Positions 43,198-53,855 of a stretch of 64,000 nucleotides of DNA are shown in pieces. A model generated the notes under the pieces. That model saw nothing but the letters and a program-made list of their open reading frames with translations. It ran no database searches and had not been told where the DNA came from. Source of the DNA: an uncultured Chryseobacterium sp. (GTDB lineage Bacteria > Bacteroidota > Bacteroidia > Flavobacteriales_F > PHOS-HE28). The stretch is taken from positions 9,788-73,787 of the forward strand of contig CAZYPC010000008.1 of NCBI GenBank assembly GCA_964649165.1. Reading direction: 5' to 3'. A program made the translations under genes and the position numbers. Every line of letters begins with the position of its first letter. The stretch's first letter is position 1.

Positions 43198-44532
43198 ATG
43201 AGACGCACCACCACCATCATCGCCACCATCGGCACGCTGCTCGTCACGGCCCAGGGTCCGTTGAGCCTGAGCCTGCGACAGGCCATGGACCTCGCCGCGC
43301 AAGAGAGCTACGCCGTCCGTTCCAGCAAACTGGAGGCGGAAAAGTCCATTGAGCGCAGCAAGGAGGTCACGGCCATCGGGTTCCCGCAGATCAACGGCAA
43401 GGTCGAAATGAGCAACTACATCGACGTGCCCACGCAGCTCATCCCGAACTTCTTCAGCGAACCGGGTACAGGGGCCCCCGAATTCGTTCCCGTGCAGTTC
43501 GGCGTGCCTTGGAGCATGAACGCGGGCGTCACGCTCACCCAGCTGCTTTTCGATGGCAGCTATCTGGTGGGGCTGCGCGCGGCGAAGGAACTGAAGACCC
43601 AGAGCGAAGAGGACCTGCAGAAAGCCCAAGCCGATGCGCGCAATCAGACGGCCAAGGCCTACTTCGGGGTGCTCGCTGCGGAGGAGGGTTCGCGACTGGT
43701 CGGCGAAGGGATCCCCCTCCTGGAGAAGAGCCTTCGCGAGGTGACCGCCATGATGGATGCCGGGTTCATGGAGCAGACCGACGTGGACCGCCTGAACATA
43801 CAGCTGGAACAGGCCCGCGCACAGAAGCGCAACTTCGACCAGCAGGCTGACGTGGCCCGCATGCTGCTCTCCCTAACGCTCGGTACTCCGCACGGAACAC
43901 CCATCACGCTCACTGACAAGCTCGAGACCATCCTCACGGATGGCGAGGAGATCGGCCTCACCGAACAGACCATGGACCCCAACGGTCACATCGAACAGAA
44001 CCAGGCGAACACGCTTGTGCGCCTGCAGGAGCTGAATCTGAAGAACGGGAAGGCCAAAGCGCTGCCCTCGCTCGGCGGTTTCTTCTCCCACTCGCAAGTG
44101 TGGAACGGACCGAAGTTCGATCCAGGAGGCACCTATCCGTTCTTCCCCACCACGCTCTGGGGCCTTCAACTCAACGTCCCCATCTTCAGCAGCGGCAACC
44201 GCTACCATCAGGTGAAGCAGGAACAACTCGCGCTCGAACAGGTGAAGATCAACCAGACGGCCACCGAGCACCGCCTGAGGACCATGGCCGAGCAGCAGCG
44301 CTCGCAGACGCGGTCCGCCTATGACAACTTCAAGACCGAAGAGCGGAACCTCGGGCTCAGCAAGAACATCTTCGACCGCACCAGCATCAAGTTCACCAAC
44401 GGCAGCGCGGCCAGCTTCGAGCTCACGCAGGAGCAGGGCAACTACCTGCTGCAACAGCAGACCTATATCCAGCGCATGGTCGAGCTGCTCATCGCGCGCG
44501 CAGACCTGCGCAAAGCGCTTGACCTTTATTGA
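43198..44532 (+). CDS. TolC family outer-membrane efflux protein
   Basis: 444 aa with a signal peptide and a two-repeat OEP architecture. It is the first structural gene of the efflux operon. Confidence 0.85.
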   Translation: MRRTTTIIATIGTLLVTAQGPLSLSLRQAMDLAAQESYAVRSSKLEAEKSIERSKEVTAIGFPQINGKVEMSNYIDVPTQLIPNFFSEPGTGAPEFVPVQFGVPWSMNAGVTLTQLLFDGSYLVGLRAAKELKTQSEEDLQKAQADARNQTAKAYFGVLAAEEGSRLVGEGIPLLEKSLREVTAMMDAGFMEQTDVDRLNIQLEQARAQKRNFDQQADVARMLLSLTLGTPHGTPITLTDKLETILTDGEEIGLTEQTMDPNGHIEQNQANTLVRLQELNLKNGKAKALPSLGGFFSHSQVWNGPKFDPGGTYPFFPTTLWGLQLNVPIFSSGNRYHQVKQEQLALEQVKINQTATEHRLRTMAEQQRSQTRSAYDNFKTEERNLGLSKNIFDRTSIKFTNGSAASFELTQEQGNYLLQQQTYIQRMVELLIARADLRKALDLY

Positions 44533-44589
44533 AACCCGGATCGATCAGGAACAAGCACCGGGCCCCTACCGAACCGAACCGAACACCAC

Positions 44590-45747
44590 GTGATGAAGAA
44601 CACGATCGCATACCTGTCCATCGCCGCACTCCTCGCCGCCTGTGGAGCTTCCGTGCCCACCGATGACCTGGGCCGCAAAAAGGCCGAACTGGATTCATTG
44701 AAGGCGGCCTACAAAGAGCTGGGCGAAAAGATCAAGGAGGCCGACACCTGGATCACCGAGCACGACAGCACCGTGAAGAAGAACCTGCCCAGCGTGACCA
44801 CGCTGGCGCTCAACCCAACGCGCTTCGAACATTTCGTAGAGGTGCATGGCAACGTGAAGGCCGACAAGAGCGCCGACCTTTTCGCCATGGGCGGTCGTGT
44901 GCGCCGCATCCTCGTGACCGAGGGTGACCGTGTACACAGCGGGCAACTGCTGATCGATCTGGACAACGATGCGTCCGCCCGCCAGCTGGAAGCCGCCGAA
45001 GCCGCAGCCAAACTGGCCAAGGATGTGTTCGACAAACAGGGCAAACTGTGGGAGCAGAAGATCGGGAGCGAGATCCAGTACCTGCAGGCCAAGAGCCAGA
45101 ACGACCAGGCCGCCGCCCAAGTGGCCGCCTTGCGCGAGCAGGTGCGCCTGAGCAATGTGACCGCCCCGTTCGACGGCGTGGTGGACGACATCATGGTGAG
45201 CGTGGGCGACATGACCAGTCCCATGGCCGCCGTGGCCCGTGTGGTGGACCCGAGCGGTGCGACACTTGAAGCCGACGTTCCTGAAAGCTACCTGCAGCGC
45301 GTGAGGAACGGCGATCCCGTGAAAGTCGAATTCCCTTCGCTCGGTGACACCCTCGATGCCACGCTGACCAACGTCAGCCGCTTCATCAATCCCGCCAACC
45401 GCACGTTCAAGGTGAGTGTACGCATCCCCGGCGGCGGCGACCTGATCCGGCCCAACCTCCTTAGCCTGATCCATGTCCGCGATCTCGTGAAGGATAGTGC
45501 CCTGGTGGTTCCGAGCAAGGTCATCCAGGAGGACGTGAACGGCAACAACTACGTTTTCGTGCTCGAGAACAAGGATGGAAAGCAGCTCACGAAAAAGGTG
45601 ATGGTGGACCGCCTCGCCGACTACAAGAAGAACACGATGATCACCGTGAAAGGCGGGGACTCGGCACTGCTCAGGGGCACAACGATCGTGGATGAGGGGG
45701 CCAAAAGTGTGGGCGACGGACAGGAAGTGAAGGTGACGAAACTCTGA
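44590..45747 (+). CDS. efflux RND transporter periplasmic adaptor subunit
   Basis: It has the lipoprotein signal MMKNTIAYLSIAALLAACG, a coiled-coil hairpin, and lipoyl/beta-barrel motifs (APFDGVVDDIMVSVGD). Confidence 0.9.
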   Translation: MMKNTIAYLSIAALLAACGASVPTDDLGRKKAELDSLKAAYKELGEKIKEADTWITEHDSTVKKNLPSVTTLALNPTRFEHFVEVHGNVKADKSADLFAMGGRVRRILVTEGDRVHSGQLLIDLDNDASARQLEAAEAAAKLAKDVFDKQGKLWEQKIGSEIQYLQAKSQNDQAAAQVAALREQVRLSNVTAPFDGVVDDIMVSVGDMTSPMAAVARVVDPSGATLEADVPESYLQRVRNGDPVKVEFPSLGDTLDATLTNVSRFINPANRTFKVSVRIPGGGDLIRPNLLSLIHVRDLVKDSALVVPSKVIQEDVNGNNYVFVLENKDGKQLTKKVMVDRLADYKKNTMITVKGGDSALLRGTTIVDEGAKSVGDGQEVKVTKL

Positions 45748-45752
45748 CCAGG

Positions 45753-45861
45753 TTCACCACAGAGGCACAGAGAGCACAGAGAAATGCGAGGCAACCGCAG
45801 ATGAACGCCGATGGACACGGATGGGGTTCACCCTCCGTGACCTCTGTGTCCCTGTGGTGAA
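45753..45861 (+). repeat. intra-operon word-doubled hairpin (20-bp stem, 69-nt loop)
   Basis: ttcaccacagaggcacagag (45753..45772) pairs with ctctgtgtccctgtggtgaa (45842..45861), with one mismatch and one G-U pair. It lies between the adaptor stop (45747) and the RND pump start (45873). Confidence 0.8.
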
Positions 45862-45872
45862 AAAGATCGAAC

Positions 45873-48800
45873 ATGGACCACAACAGCATCGAGAACGAAG
45901 CCTACGGCGAAGGCCACGGGAAGCAGTTCGCCATCACCAGCTGGGCGGTGAAGAACCGCACCACCGTCATCGTCATCACCGCGCTGATCTTCATCTACGG
46001 GATCTACTCCTACATCGCCATGCCGAAGGAGAGCTTCCCGGAGGTGGTGACCCCGGAGATCTACGTCGGCACGCCGTACAACAGCAGCTCGGTGGTGGAC
46101 ATCGAAAAGCTCATCACCAAGCCGCTGGAGAAGGAGATCAACACCATCACAGGCGTTGACGAGATCAACTCCACCAGCGTTCCGAACTACAGCACCATCC
46201 AGGTGAAGTTCAACTACAACGTCACCCCGACAGAGGCGCTGCGCAAGGTGAAGGACGCCGTGGACAAGGCGCAAGGTGATGTGGACTTCCCCAAGGACCT
46301 GCCAGCAGAGCCCAACATCTTCGAGATGAACTTCTCGGAGATGATGCCGGTGATGAACATCAACCTGAGCGGCGACTACAGCATCGACCAGTTGCACCAC
46401 TACGCCAAGATCCTCGAGGACCGCATCGAAGCCTTGCCCGAGATCAACAAGGTGGACATCCGGGGCGTGCCTGAGAAGGAGGTGAAGGTGAACGTGGACC
46501 TGCACCAGCTCGAAGCGCTCCAGCTCAACTTCAACGACGTGGCGCAGGCGCTACAGACGGAGAACCTGACCATGAGCGGTGGCGAAGTGCTCACCGACGG
46601 CCAGCGCCGCGCGGTGCGCGTGATCGGCGAGTTCGCGGACATGGAGACCATCCGCAACATCGTGATCAAGAACGAGAAGCAGCAGGAAGTGCGCCTCCGC
46701 GACGTGGCCGACGTGAGCTTCGACTTCAAGGAGGCCGACAGCTATGCCCGCGAGTACGGCAATCCCGTTGTGATGGTCGACATCATCAAGCGCGCCGGGG
46801 AGAACCTGATCGAAGCCAGCGATAAGATCAACGCCATCCTGAACGAATCACGCGGTACCGTGATCCCGAGGGACGTGACCATCACGCTCACCAACGACCA
46901 GAGCGACGACACGCGCGTGCAGGTGGACGAGCTGTTCAACCACATCATCTTCGGTGTGATCCTCGTGGTCGGCACGCTGCTGTTCTTCCTCGGCCTGCGC
47001 AACGCGCTCTTCGTGGGGCTCGCGATCCCCATGTCCATGTTCATCTCGTTCATCATCCTGAACGCCTTCGGGGTGACGCTGAACATCATGGTGCTCTTCT
47101 CCCTCATCCTGGCCCTCGGCCGACTGGTGGACGACGGAATCGTGATCGTGGAGAACATCTACCGCCACATGAGCAACGGTGAGCCGCCGATGACGGCTAC
47201 CCGGAAAGCCGTAGGTGAGGTGACCATGCCCATCGTGGCGGCCACCACGGCGACCGTGATGGTGTTCGTTCCGCTCATCTTCTGGCCCGGCCTCATGGGC
47301 CAGTTCATGAAGTGGATGCCGATCACCTTCATGGTGTCCCTCAGTTCCTCGCTCTTCGTGGCCCTCGTGGTGAACCCCGCACTCAGCACCCAGTTCATGA
47401 AGGTGGAACGCGAGAACCCGAACGCGAAAAATGTCTACCGCCAGGTGGGCATCCTCGCCGTGATCGGTACGCTCATCGCCGTTCTCGGCATGTCCTCACA
47501 CTCGGGCTTCGTGACCGGTCTGGGAACCTTCACGGTCTTCGCGGCCATCCTCGGCCTGCTCAACCTGTGGGTAGGGGTCCCTGGCACGCGCTGGTTCCAG
47601 GACAAGTTCCTGCCGCGCCTGGAGAAACGCTATGAAGGCTTCCTGCGCTACGCGCTCGCCAAGCACCACCCGCGCACCTTCTTCTTCGGCACCATCGGCC
47701 TGCTTCTGTTCGCCTTCGTCCTTCTCGGTGTGTTCCCGCCGAAGGTCGAATTCTTCCCGATCAATGAACCGAAGTATGTGAACGTCTTCATCGAGGCGCC
47801 GATCGGTACGGACATCGAGAAGACGAACGAGATCACACGCCTGCTGGAGAAGCAGGTGGATGACATCGTGAACGTGGACCCGTACATGGAGGAGGTGGAG
47901 GTGCAACACCCGAACGGTACCGTCACCAAGGAGCGCAAGAACTGGCTGATCAACTCGGTTATCTCACAGGTCGGCAACGGCACCAGCGATCCCGCACAAG
48001 GGGTAAGCATGGCGAACACCCCGAACAAGGGCCGCATCCAGCTCAGCTTCGTGAAGTACGCCGATCGCCGCGGTCTGAAGACGAATGACGTTCTGCTGAA
48101 GCTCCAGAAGGAGATGGCCGGCTATCCCGGTGTGATCGTCACCGTGGACAAGGACGCTGCCGGACCACCTACGGGCAAGCCCATCAACATCGAGATCAGC
48201 GGGGACGAGATCGAACCGCTGCTCGCCGAGGCCGACCGCTTGAAGACCTTCATGGAAAGCAAGAACGTACCCGGTGTCGAAGCGCTGCGCATCGACATCG
48301 ACCGCGCGAAACCCGAGATGCCCATCGTGATCGACCGCGCGAAAGCGGGCCGCCTGAACGTGAGCACCTGGGCCGTGGCCGATGCCATCCGCACCGCGCT
48401 CTTCGGGAAGGAGGTGAGCACCTACCGCATCGAAGGCGATGACGACGACTACAAGATCCAGGTGCGCCTGAAGGACGAGCAGCGCTACGACGTGGGCACC
48501 ATCATGGACATGAAGATCACCTTCCGCGACATGCTCACCGGGCAGATCCGCCAGGTGCCCATCAGCGCCGTGGCGAAGGACGAGCGCAGCACCACCTTCA
48601 GCGCCATCAAGCGCCAGGACCTGAAGCGCGTGGTGACCGTGAGCAGCAACGTGATCGCCGGCTACAACAGCAACGAGGTGATCGCCGAGATGAAGGACGC
48701 CCTCAACGGCTACGAGAAGGACGAGCGCTTCGGCATGGCCTTCACCGGCCAGCAGGAGGACCAGGGCAAGGAGATGGCCTTCCTCGGCCGCGCCTTCCTC

Positions 48801-49478
48801 ATCGCCCTCTTCATCGTGTTCCTCATCATCGTGTGGCAGTTCAACAGCATCAGCTACCCGATGGTCATCCTCAGCACCGTGCTCTTCAGCACCATCGGGG
48901 TGTTCCTCGGCCTGGTGGTCTTCCGCATGGACTTCATCATCCTGATGACCATGCTCGGTATCATCTCGCTGATCGGCGTGGTGGTGAACAACGCCATCGT
49001 GCTCATGGACTTCGCGCGCCTGCTCTTCGACCGCCAGCGTGAGAAGCTCGGACTGGACGAGACCGCCGAGCTGCCGATCGACTCGTCACGCGAGGCGCTG
49101 ATCATCGCCGGCAAGACCCGTCTGCGCCCCGTGCTCCTCACCGCGGTGACCGCCGTGCTCGGCCTGCTCCCGCTCGCCGTGGGCTTCAACCTGAATTTCG
49201 GTACGCTCTTCACCCACCTCGATCCGCACATCCACATCGGTGGTGACAACGTGATCTTCTGGGGACCGCTCAGCTGGGCCGTGATCTACGGCCTCACCTT
49301 CGCGACTTTCCTCACCCTGATCATGGTGCCGGTGATGCTGCTGATCATCGCCAAGATCAAGCACCGCCGGTACTCCAACAAGCTGCGGCACAAGCAGGCG
49401 GTCATCGTTGACGATGCGCCGAAGAACACGCTTCGGCCGGGGCATTCGCCGGGAGAGATCGGGCCCGCGACGGCTTAA
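45873..49478 (+). CDS. efflux RND transporter permease subunit (AcrB/HAE family), long form
   Basis: 1201 aa with a 12-TM architecture and two large periplasmic loops. Typical segments include RLVDDGIVIVENI and VVNNAIVLMDF. It has an extended C-terminal tail. Confidence 0.9.
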   Translation: MDHNSIENEAYGEGHGKQFAITSWAVKNRTTVIVITALIFIYGIYSYIAMPKESFPEVVTPEIYVGTPYNSSSVVDIEKLITKPLEKEINTITGVDEINSTSVPNYSTIQVKFNYNVTPTEALRKVKDAVDKAQGDVDFPKDLPAEPNIFEMNFSEMMPVMNINLSGDYSIDQLHHYAKILEDRIEALPEINKVDIRGVPEKEVKVNVDLHQLEALQLNFNDVAQALQTENLTMSGGEVLTDGQRRAVRVIGEFADMETIRNIVIKNEKQQEVRLRDVADVSFDFKEADSYAREYGNPVVMVDIIKRAGENLIEASDKINAILNESRGTVIPRDVTITLTNDQSDDTRVQVDELFNHIIFGVILVVGTLLFFLGLRNALFVGLAIPMSMFISFIILNAFGVTLNIMVLFSLILALGRLVDDGIVIVENIYRHMSNGEPPMTATRKAVGEVTMPIVAATTATVMVFVPLIFWPGLMGQFMKWMPITFMVSLSSSLFVALVVNPALSTQFMKVERENPNAKNVYRQVGILAVIGTLIAVLGMSSHSGFVTGLGTFTVFAAILGLLNLWVGVPGTRWFQDKFLPRLEKRYEGFLRYALAKHHPRTFFFGTIGLLLFAFVLLGVFPPKVEFFPINEPKYVNVFIEAPIGTDIEKTNEITRLLEKQVDDIVNVDPYMEEVEVQHPNGTVTKERKNWLINSVISQVGNGTSDPAQGVSMANTPNKGRIQLSFVKYADRRGLKTNDVLLKLQKEMAGYPGVIVTVDKDAAGPPTGKPINIEISGDEIEPLLAEADRLKTFMESKNVPGVEALRIDIDRAKPEMPIVIDRAKAGRLNVSTWAVADAIRTALFGKEVSTYRIEGDDDDYKIQVRLKDEQRYDVGTIMDMKITFRDMLTGQIRQVPISAVAKDERSTTFSAIKRQDLKRVVTVSSNVIAGYNSNEVIAEMKDALNGYEKDERFGMAFTGQQEDQGKEMAFLGRAFLIALFIVFLIIVWQFNSISYPMVILSTVLFSTIGVFLGLVVFRMDFIILMTMLGIISLIGVVVNNAIVLMDFARLLFDRQREKLGLDETAELPIDSSREALIIAGKTRLRPVLLTAVTAVLGLLPLAVGFNLNFGTLFTHLDPHIHIGGDNVIFWGPLSWAVIYGLTFATFLTLIMVPVMLLIIAKIKHRRYSNKLRHKQAVIVDDAPKNTLRPGHSPGEIGPATA

Positions 49479-49491
49479 CCAAGCACGACCC

Positions 49492-49533
49492 AAAGCGGCG
49501 AGGCCCCCGATCGATCGGGGGCCTCGCCGCTTT
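49492..49533. terminator. bidirectional intrinsic terminator hairpin
   Basis: The perfect palindrome aaagcggcgaggcccccgatcgatcgggggcctcgccgcttt is flanked by A and T runs. It lies between convergent genes, the RND pump (+) and the vWA gene (-). Confidence 0.85.
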
Positions 49534-49549
49534 CAGTCTTCTATCGGGA

Positions 49550-50833
49550 CTAACAACCCGGCTTCTTCCTCACATCAACCGTCTTCTCCTTCTCCACAGG
49601 CGGCACCGCCACTTTCGCCTTGGCCTCTTCGAACTTGAAGCCCTTCTCCGTGGCCATGCGCTCAATGCTCCGCAGCACGGCATTCTCCAGTTCATTGGTG
49701 ATGCCCGCCTTGCGGTTGTGCTCCGACACGAACTCCTCGCGCTTCACCATCAGCTCGGCGATGCGTGCGCGATTGGTCTCCTTCTGTTGCCGCTCCACCA
49801 TGATCGCGCCTTTCAACCCTGCTTGGTCCAAGCCGCGGTATTTCTCCGGTAATGTCTTGCGGTCCAACCCACCGATCACGCTGTCGAGCTTGGCCGTCTC
49901 CACTTCGGTGAGGTCCCATGTGCTGTTCACATAGCCGTTGTTCGATTTGAACTTCAGGCGGCTGTTGCACGAACTCAACCCGAGACTTTCCGCGTTCTTG
50001 TCCTGCGCGGTATTGTTCGCCCAGTTGTAGGTACCGTACTGTCCATAGTAGATGCAATTCCCGTTCAGCCCGGCGTTCAGCTTGGCGAGTTCCTCATCGA
50101 AGGGTGAGGCGACCTGCGCGGTGACGGCGTCCTGGTCGATGCTGAAGTAGTCGCCCTTGGCGGCCAGCGCACCCGCCTGCCACGAGGTGTTGATCCCCTC
50201 GCGATGATCACCGCAGAAGATGGTGTTCACGATGATGCCCTTCTGCCTCGCGCGCTCGCACGAAGTGGCGAAGCTGATGGGCCCTTGCGTGAAGGCTTCG
50301 TTCCCCGCGATGTAGATCATGCGCAGATCGGCCTCGTTGCCGCCCCAGTCCAGCTCCTCGATAGACCGGGCCATCACCGCCCCGCAGTATTCTTCGCCCC
50401 CGTTGGTGCTGAGCGCGAACAGCTGCTTGCTGATCTCATCCATGTTCGTCGTGAACGCGCTCACCTGGCGGATATAGTGCTCCTGCATCGGCAGACCTGA
50501 ATTACCGTACTCGTACAGCGCCACACGCACCGTGGGCCGCTGTCCGTCGTTGCGCGCTTCGGAAAGGCGGTTCACGATGTTCCAGAGCTGCGCCTTCGCC
50601 TGATCGATGAGTCCGTCCATGCTGTTGCTGGTGTCCAGCAGCAATCCGAGGAGGATGGACTTTGTGCCCGGCGGAGCGGGGGTGGGTGGTGCGGGTGCTG
50701 GAGCATCTTGTTGCACAATGGGGCTGGCGGCCATGGCGAGAACGCCCCGGCCTCCGGTGTCGGACATGCAGGCGACGGTGCCTGAAAGAAGGCCCAGGGC
50801 GAGCGCCGAAAGGCCGGTCTTCATCGTGTTCAT
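49550..50833 (-). CDS. von Willebrand factor type A domain lipoprotein
   Basis: MNTMKTGLSALALGLLSGTVAC is lipobox-like. The MIDAS motif is LLLDTSNSMDG. I chose the start at 50833. Confidence 0.75.
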   Translation of the reverse strand: MNTMKTGLSALALGLLSGTVACMSDTGGRGVLAMAASPIVQQDAPAPAPPTPAPPGTKSILLGLLLDTSNSMDGLIDQAKAQLWNIVNRLSEARNDGQRPTVRVALYEYGNSGLPMQEHYIRQVSAFTTNMDEISKQLFALSTNGGEEYCGAVMARSIEELDWGGNEADLRMIYIAGNEAFTQGPISFATSCERARQKGIIVNTIFCGDHREGINTSWQAGALAAKGDYFSIDQDAVTAQVASPFDEELAKLNAGLNGNCIYYGQYGTYNWANNTAQDKNAESLGLSSCNSRLKFKSNNGYVNSTWDLTEVETAKLDSVIGGLDRKTLPEKYRGLDQAGLKGAIMVERQQKETNRARIAELMVKREEFVSEHNRKAGITNELENAVLRSIERMATEKGFKFEEAKAKVAVPPVEKEKTVDVRKKPGC

Positions 50834-51012
50834 CGGTGTGGATCTTTGATACGAAGCAACCTTGCCGGGCCCGGGGGTGTGTAGTGCCAACTGGCCGATC
50901 CGCCTTCCCGCTTGGTGAACGCGCCGCCCCGGTCCGCCTGTGCCGCCATTCCAACGGAAAGACCGGCCGGTCCGCCCCTTCAGCCTTTGCGCATGGCCGT
51001 ATGTTTACCCAC

Positions 51013-53022
51013 ATGGAACGCCTGTTCGCGCGACTTTCCACCTGCTTCTTCTCGCTCCTCATCGCCTTTACGATGTGCGGCCAGAAGAAGTACCTGGAGA
51101 AGATCTCCAGCTCCCGATCGCAAGAGGTGGTGAGCAATGCGCGCATGATGGCCCTGCTCGATTCCGCCGAACGCGCGGGCGACGACCGACGGGATACCGC
51201 TTTCCGTATGGTGGAAACCGCCCTGCTCTGGAGCATCGACGCCGGTGATGCCGTGACCGAGGCCCGCAGCTACGCCGTGCTCGCCGGCCTCTTCGTCAAG
51301 GAGGACCAGTGTGATCTCGCCATCGGCTACTACGACAAATGCGCGGAGACCGGTCCGGACCCGAACAGCCCGGTCGTTCTTCTCGCACGGTTCGACAAGG
51401 CGAAGTGCCTGCGCAAGTTGAACCGCCTGCTGCAGGCGCGCACGGAACTGGAGATGCTGAAACAGCGCGTGGAGAACACTTCTTCATCCGCGCTCGTGCC
51501 GGAGATCAACAACCAGATCGCCGGCATCCTGCTCGACATCGGCGACATCGCACGCTCCGGTGAAGTGCTGCGGGAGAACCGGGGCTACATCGAGGGCGCG
51601 GACAAGAACGCCTTCGGTACGAAGAACGCCGAACTGGAATCCGAAACGAAACTGCTGCAAGGTCTGGTCAGCTTCAAGGACCGCAAGGAGGCCGAGGGGC
51701 TCGGCTTCATTGGCCAGGCCTGGGCGGCGGCCGATTCGGTGAGCGGCAACAAGGAGCGCCTGAAGTTGAAATCCGACATCGCACAAAAACTGGAGGAGAA
51801 CGGCCAGCTCGACCTGACAGAACGCTACCGCACGGAACTCTTCGGGACCTATCAGTGGGGAACGGGGAATGACGTGGAGCGCCTCTGCAACACGGTGGAA
51901 CTGGGCGAAACGCAGCGCGCCAATCGCAAGCCCGAGCTCGCCATCAACACCCTGAGCAATGCGCTCGCGGATCCCAAGCTCGCACCCAATTCCAACGACC
52001 CACAACTGCTGGACCTGCGCATGCAGGCACTGAAGGGACTTTCCGAAACACACCTCGAAGCCGGGAATCCCCAAGCCGCGCAGAAGTACCTGAACGAGTA
52101 CATCTCCACGCTCGAACTCGCCAATGCGGAGAAGAAGAAGAAGCTCGAAGCCAACCTCGGCCTGTTCAGCTCGCTCAATGCCGATGTGCAGCGCATCCGT
52201 ATCCTGGAGAAGGACCGCGAGATCAACCAACGCCAGATCGCACTGCTGCGCACTCAGGGAGACCTGCGGTCTTCGGAGCTCTTCTCGCGCAATGCCATCA
52301 TCTTCTCGCTTATCGCCCTTGTGCTGCTGCTGGCCGGACTGCTTTTCTTCCGGCAGCGCGCGCGCAACAAGGAACGGGTCGCGGCACGACTGGTCGAACT
52401 GCGCTCCTTGCGCACACAGATGAACCCGCACTTCATCTTCAACGCGCTCAACTCCGTGAACCACTACGTCGCGCTGCAGGACGAGCGCAAGGCTAATCGC
52501 TACCTGACGGATCTGAGCGGGCTCATGCGTAAAGTCCTCTCTTACTCCGAACTCGATCTGATAGAACTGGATGACGAACTGGAGCTCCTCGAGCAGTACA
52601 TGCGGTTGGAACACGAGCGCTTCAGCGACCGCTTTGACCTGCGTTTCGAGGTCGACCCCGCATTGAAGGGAGCGGGCCTTCGTGTGCCGCCGATGCTCGT
52701 GCAGCCTTTCATCGAGAACGCGATCTGGCACGGACTCCGACACAAGGAGGGCAAAGGCCTGCTGTCTGTGAACGTGACGGACACCGGCAGTGCGATCCGC
52801 TTCGAAGTGTCGGACGATGGGATCGGTCGCGCGAAGGCCGCCGAAATGAAACGCGTGCACGCGAAAGCATCGAAGGGGATCGACAATGCACGCAATCGTA
52901 TCGCCCTGGTGAACTCGCTTTATCACGCACAGCTCACCTTGGGGGTGGACGACATGAACCCCGACGGCACGGGAACGCGCGTGCGTTTCGATGTGCCCAA
53001 AGACCTGGAACGCCATGCCTGA
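51013..53022 (+). CDS. TPR-repeat sensor histidine kinase of the LytS/YehU (His_kinase) type
   Basis: It has a signal-like start (MERLFARLSTCFFSLLIAFTMC) and TPR-like repeats. A TM segment (IIFSLIALVLLLAGLLFF) follows. The H-box is RTQMNPHFIFNALNSVNHYV, and an HATPase region is present. The start is at 51001 or 51013. Confidence 0.8.
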   Translation: MERLFARLSTCFFSLLIAFTMCGQKKYLEKISSSRSQEVVSNARMMALLDSAERAGDDRRDTAFRMVETALLWSIDAGDAVTEARSYAVLAGLFVKEDQCDLAIGYYDKCAETGPDPNSPVVLLARFDKAKCLRKLNRLLQARTELEMLKQRVENTSSSALVPEINNQIAGILLDIGDIARSGEVLRENRGYIEGADKNAFGTKNAELESETKLLQGLVSFKDRKEAEGLGFIGQAWAAADSVSGNKERLKLKSDIAQKLEENGQLDLTERYRTELFGTYQWGTGNDVERLCNTVELGETQRANRKPELAINTLSNALADPKLAPNSNDPQLLDLRMQALKGLSETHLEAGNPQAAQKYLNEYISTLELANAEKKKKLEANLGLFSSLNADVQRIRILEKDREINQRQIALLRTQGDLRSSELFSRNAIIFSLIALVLLLAGLLFFRQRARNKERVAARLVELRSLRTQMNPHFIFNALNSVNHYVALQDERKANRYLTDLSGLMRKVLSYSELDLIELDDELELLEQYMRLEHERFSDRFDLRFEVDPALKGAGLRVPPMLVQPFIENAIWHGLRHKEGKGLLSVNVTDTGSAIRFEVSDDGIGRAKAAEMKRVHAKASKGIDNARNRIALVNSLYHAQLTLGVDDMNPDGTGTRVRFDVPKDLERHA

Positions 53023-53767
53023 CAAACACCGGTGCATCATCGTGGACGATGAGCTCGCGAGCCGGGAAGTGCTGGCGAGCTACCTCGGCAAGTACTGTCC
53101 CGAGGTGGAGATAAGTGGCAAGGCCGCCAGCGTGGACGAGGCCATAGCCTTGATCGATCGGACAAGTCCCGGTATCGTGTTCCTCGACATCGAAATGCCG
53201 TTCAAGTCCGGGTTCGAACTGCTCGCCTCCTATGGTGACCGGCCGTTCCAGGTGATCTTCGTTACGGCCTATAGCGACTATGCGCTGAACGCGATCCAAG
53301 TGAGCGCGGCCGACTATCTGCTCAAGCCGGTGAGCATCGATCAGCTCCAGGCCGCTGTGCGCACCGTTGTCGGCCGCATCCATGAGCGCGACAGCCTGGA
53401 CCGCGCTCGCGTGCTGCTGGAGAACATCCATGGTGCACCCAACGGCGACCGGCGCATCGTGCTGCCCCTGCTCGATGGCTTCGAGGTGGTCCGCGCCAAG
53501 GACATCACACGCTGCGAAGCGGAAGACAACTTCACCCGCTTCCACTTGACCGACGGCAGCAAGCGCCTGATCTGCCGACCCATGAAGCACTACGAGCAGG
53601 CACTCGTTCCGTTGGGTTTCGTGCGCGTCCACCGCTCGCACATGGTGAAGGCCGACAGCATCAAGCGCTATGTGAAGGGCAAAGGCGGCACGCTCTTCCT
53701 GCAGGACGGTAGCGAGATCCCCGTGAGCGAAACGCACAAGCAGGCGCTGCTCGACCTGTTCCGATGA
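53015..53767 (+). CDS. LytTR-family response regulator
   Basis: It overlaps the kinase stop. The receiver reads CIIVDDE...IVFLDIEMP, and the LytTR C-terminus reads ITRCEAEDNFTRFHL...FVRVHRSHMV. Confidence 0.85.
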   Translation: MPDKHRCIIVDDELASREVLASYLGKYCPEVEISGKAASVDEAIALIDRTSPGIVFLDIEMPFKSGFELLASYGDRPFQVIFVTAYSDYALNAIQVSAADYLLKPVSIDQLQAAVRTVVGRIHERDSLDRARVLLENIHGAPNGDRRIVLPLLDGFEVVRAKDITRCEAEDNFTRFHLTDGSKRLICRPMKHYEQALVPLGFVRVHRSHMVKADSIKRYVKGKGGTLFLQDGSEIPVSETHKQALLDLFR

Positions 53768-53855
53768 CCTTCACAAGTTCTCACGATCACCTTTTCACAA
53801 GGTGAGGCCCGGCGGCTTCGGTAGCAAGACCGGGGCAGGCATCTTCGGCCGTTCG